Part shown: piece by piece, positions 62,965 to 64,000 of the stretch
How positions within the stretch are numbered: the first letter of the stretch is position 1
Layout: every line of letters begins with the position of its first letter
NCBI RefSeq assembly: GCF_006345805.1
Contig: NC_042997.1
Coordinates: forward strand, 138,198,001-138,262,000
Direction: 5' to 3'
Length of the DNA: 64,000 bases
Origin: Octopus sinensis
Taxonomy: Eukaryota
Notes under the pieces: generated by a model
Told to the model about the DNA's origin: nothing
The model's database searches: none
Seen by the model: the letters and a program-made list of their open reading frames with translations, nothing else
Translations under genes and position numbers: made by a program

Positions 62965-64000
62965 TTTCCACTGTGTAGACATCTGTTACATATATGTATA
63001 TGTGTGTGTGTGTGTCTATGTGTATGTATGTTAGTGTCTTTGTATTGTTGTTTGTCTCCCAGCCACTGCGTAACAGCCAGTGCTGCTTTGTTTACATCCC
63101 TGTAACTTAGCAGTTTGGTAAAAGAGACTGGTAGAATAAGTACCAGACTTAAAAAAGATAAGTACTGGGATCAATTTGTTTGAGTAAACCCTTCAAGTCT
63201 GCAGTCCAGGGACAAAAACAAGTAAAAGATAGGAGATATATATATAGACATGGATATAAGATAGGCTTCTTTCTGGTTTCTCTCTACTAAATCCACTATA
63301 AAGCTTCAATCAGCTCGAGGCTATAGTAAACAACATTTACTCAAGATGCTGCACTGTAATACCAAACCTGAAGCAAAGCAAACTTCGCGACTACATAATT
63401 ATGTCCCATTAAACTAGAGGCAGTTTCATTTGGGCTGATATCCAAACAATGAAATAAAGGAAGATTAACTCAACAAAGCAGTCTCTAATATACAAAAGAA
63501 GATAAATAAATAGAAAACAAATGCACTGGATCAAAAGCTTTCTTGCCCAGGGCAGAACTGAGACTAAATAGGAGCCATAACAGTGTTTGCACCATGATAT
63601 AAATAAGAAATTGCAAGTGAATGGCTGAAGCAACTGGATTTAATTCACTAGCTTTGTAAAAGCAATATCGCTGTTTATTTAGTGACCTTTATCTTGTGAC
63701 CTGTTTGTTCATGTTCAGGTGACTAAACTAGCTTTATTTACATGTTTATATTTTTGTTAGTTGGGTTGGTCTTTTCAGTGTGTTGACACCTCTTGTTTGT
63801 AATATATTCTGCGTAATTCAGAATTAAAAAAAGAAACAAAAACAAAAATAAAACCTTTCTGTTTTTACTTTGTGAGGTCTTGCTATAGTTATAAGAAAGG
63901 ACTCTAAAGGTGATATTAACAGATGTTATTGTCATGAATAAGATATGAGTAATTAGATATGGACAAGCAGGCATGTGTGGCTTTGTGGTTACAAAACTCG

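Overview
AT-rich, repeat-saturated eukaryotic DNA. The SINE families, TA/CA/TATG microsatellites and LINE content look like an octopod cephalopod such as Octopus; this is recognised from memory, not searched. I cannot support any host protein-coding gene, so the window looks intronic or intergenic, and most ORFs in the track are microsatellite or SINE artefacts. Coding remnants all belong to mobile elements: a near full-length but disrupted CR1-clade LINE (about 16394-19884), three RTE-clade LINE copies (20450-23241, 23717-26019, 59018-59797), several R4/Dong-type LINE fragments next to (AAT)n tracts, two mariner elements, two Tc1-like elements, Penelope-type pLTR fragments with hammerhead ribozyme motifs, and many tRNA-derived SINEs. 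Best leads: (1) the CR1 ORF1/ORF2 junction has a G_GGA_AAC slippery heptamer, a 6-nt spacer and two interleaved stems (8 bp and 15 bp) in pseudoknot topology, and ORF2 is in the -1 frame with no AUG before its catalytic motifs, suggesting -1 frameshifting in a non-LTR element; (2) a 304-bp inverted repeat carrying a complete type I hammerhead on each strand; (3) a PHD-pattern zinc finger inside the RTE reverse transcriptase; (4) a modular, variable-length RTE 3' UTR; (5) a perfect 194-bp palindrome fused to an RTE 5' truncation point. All structures were found by eye, and SINE and degraded-element boundaries are approximate.
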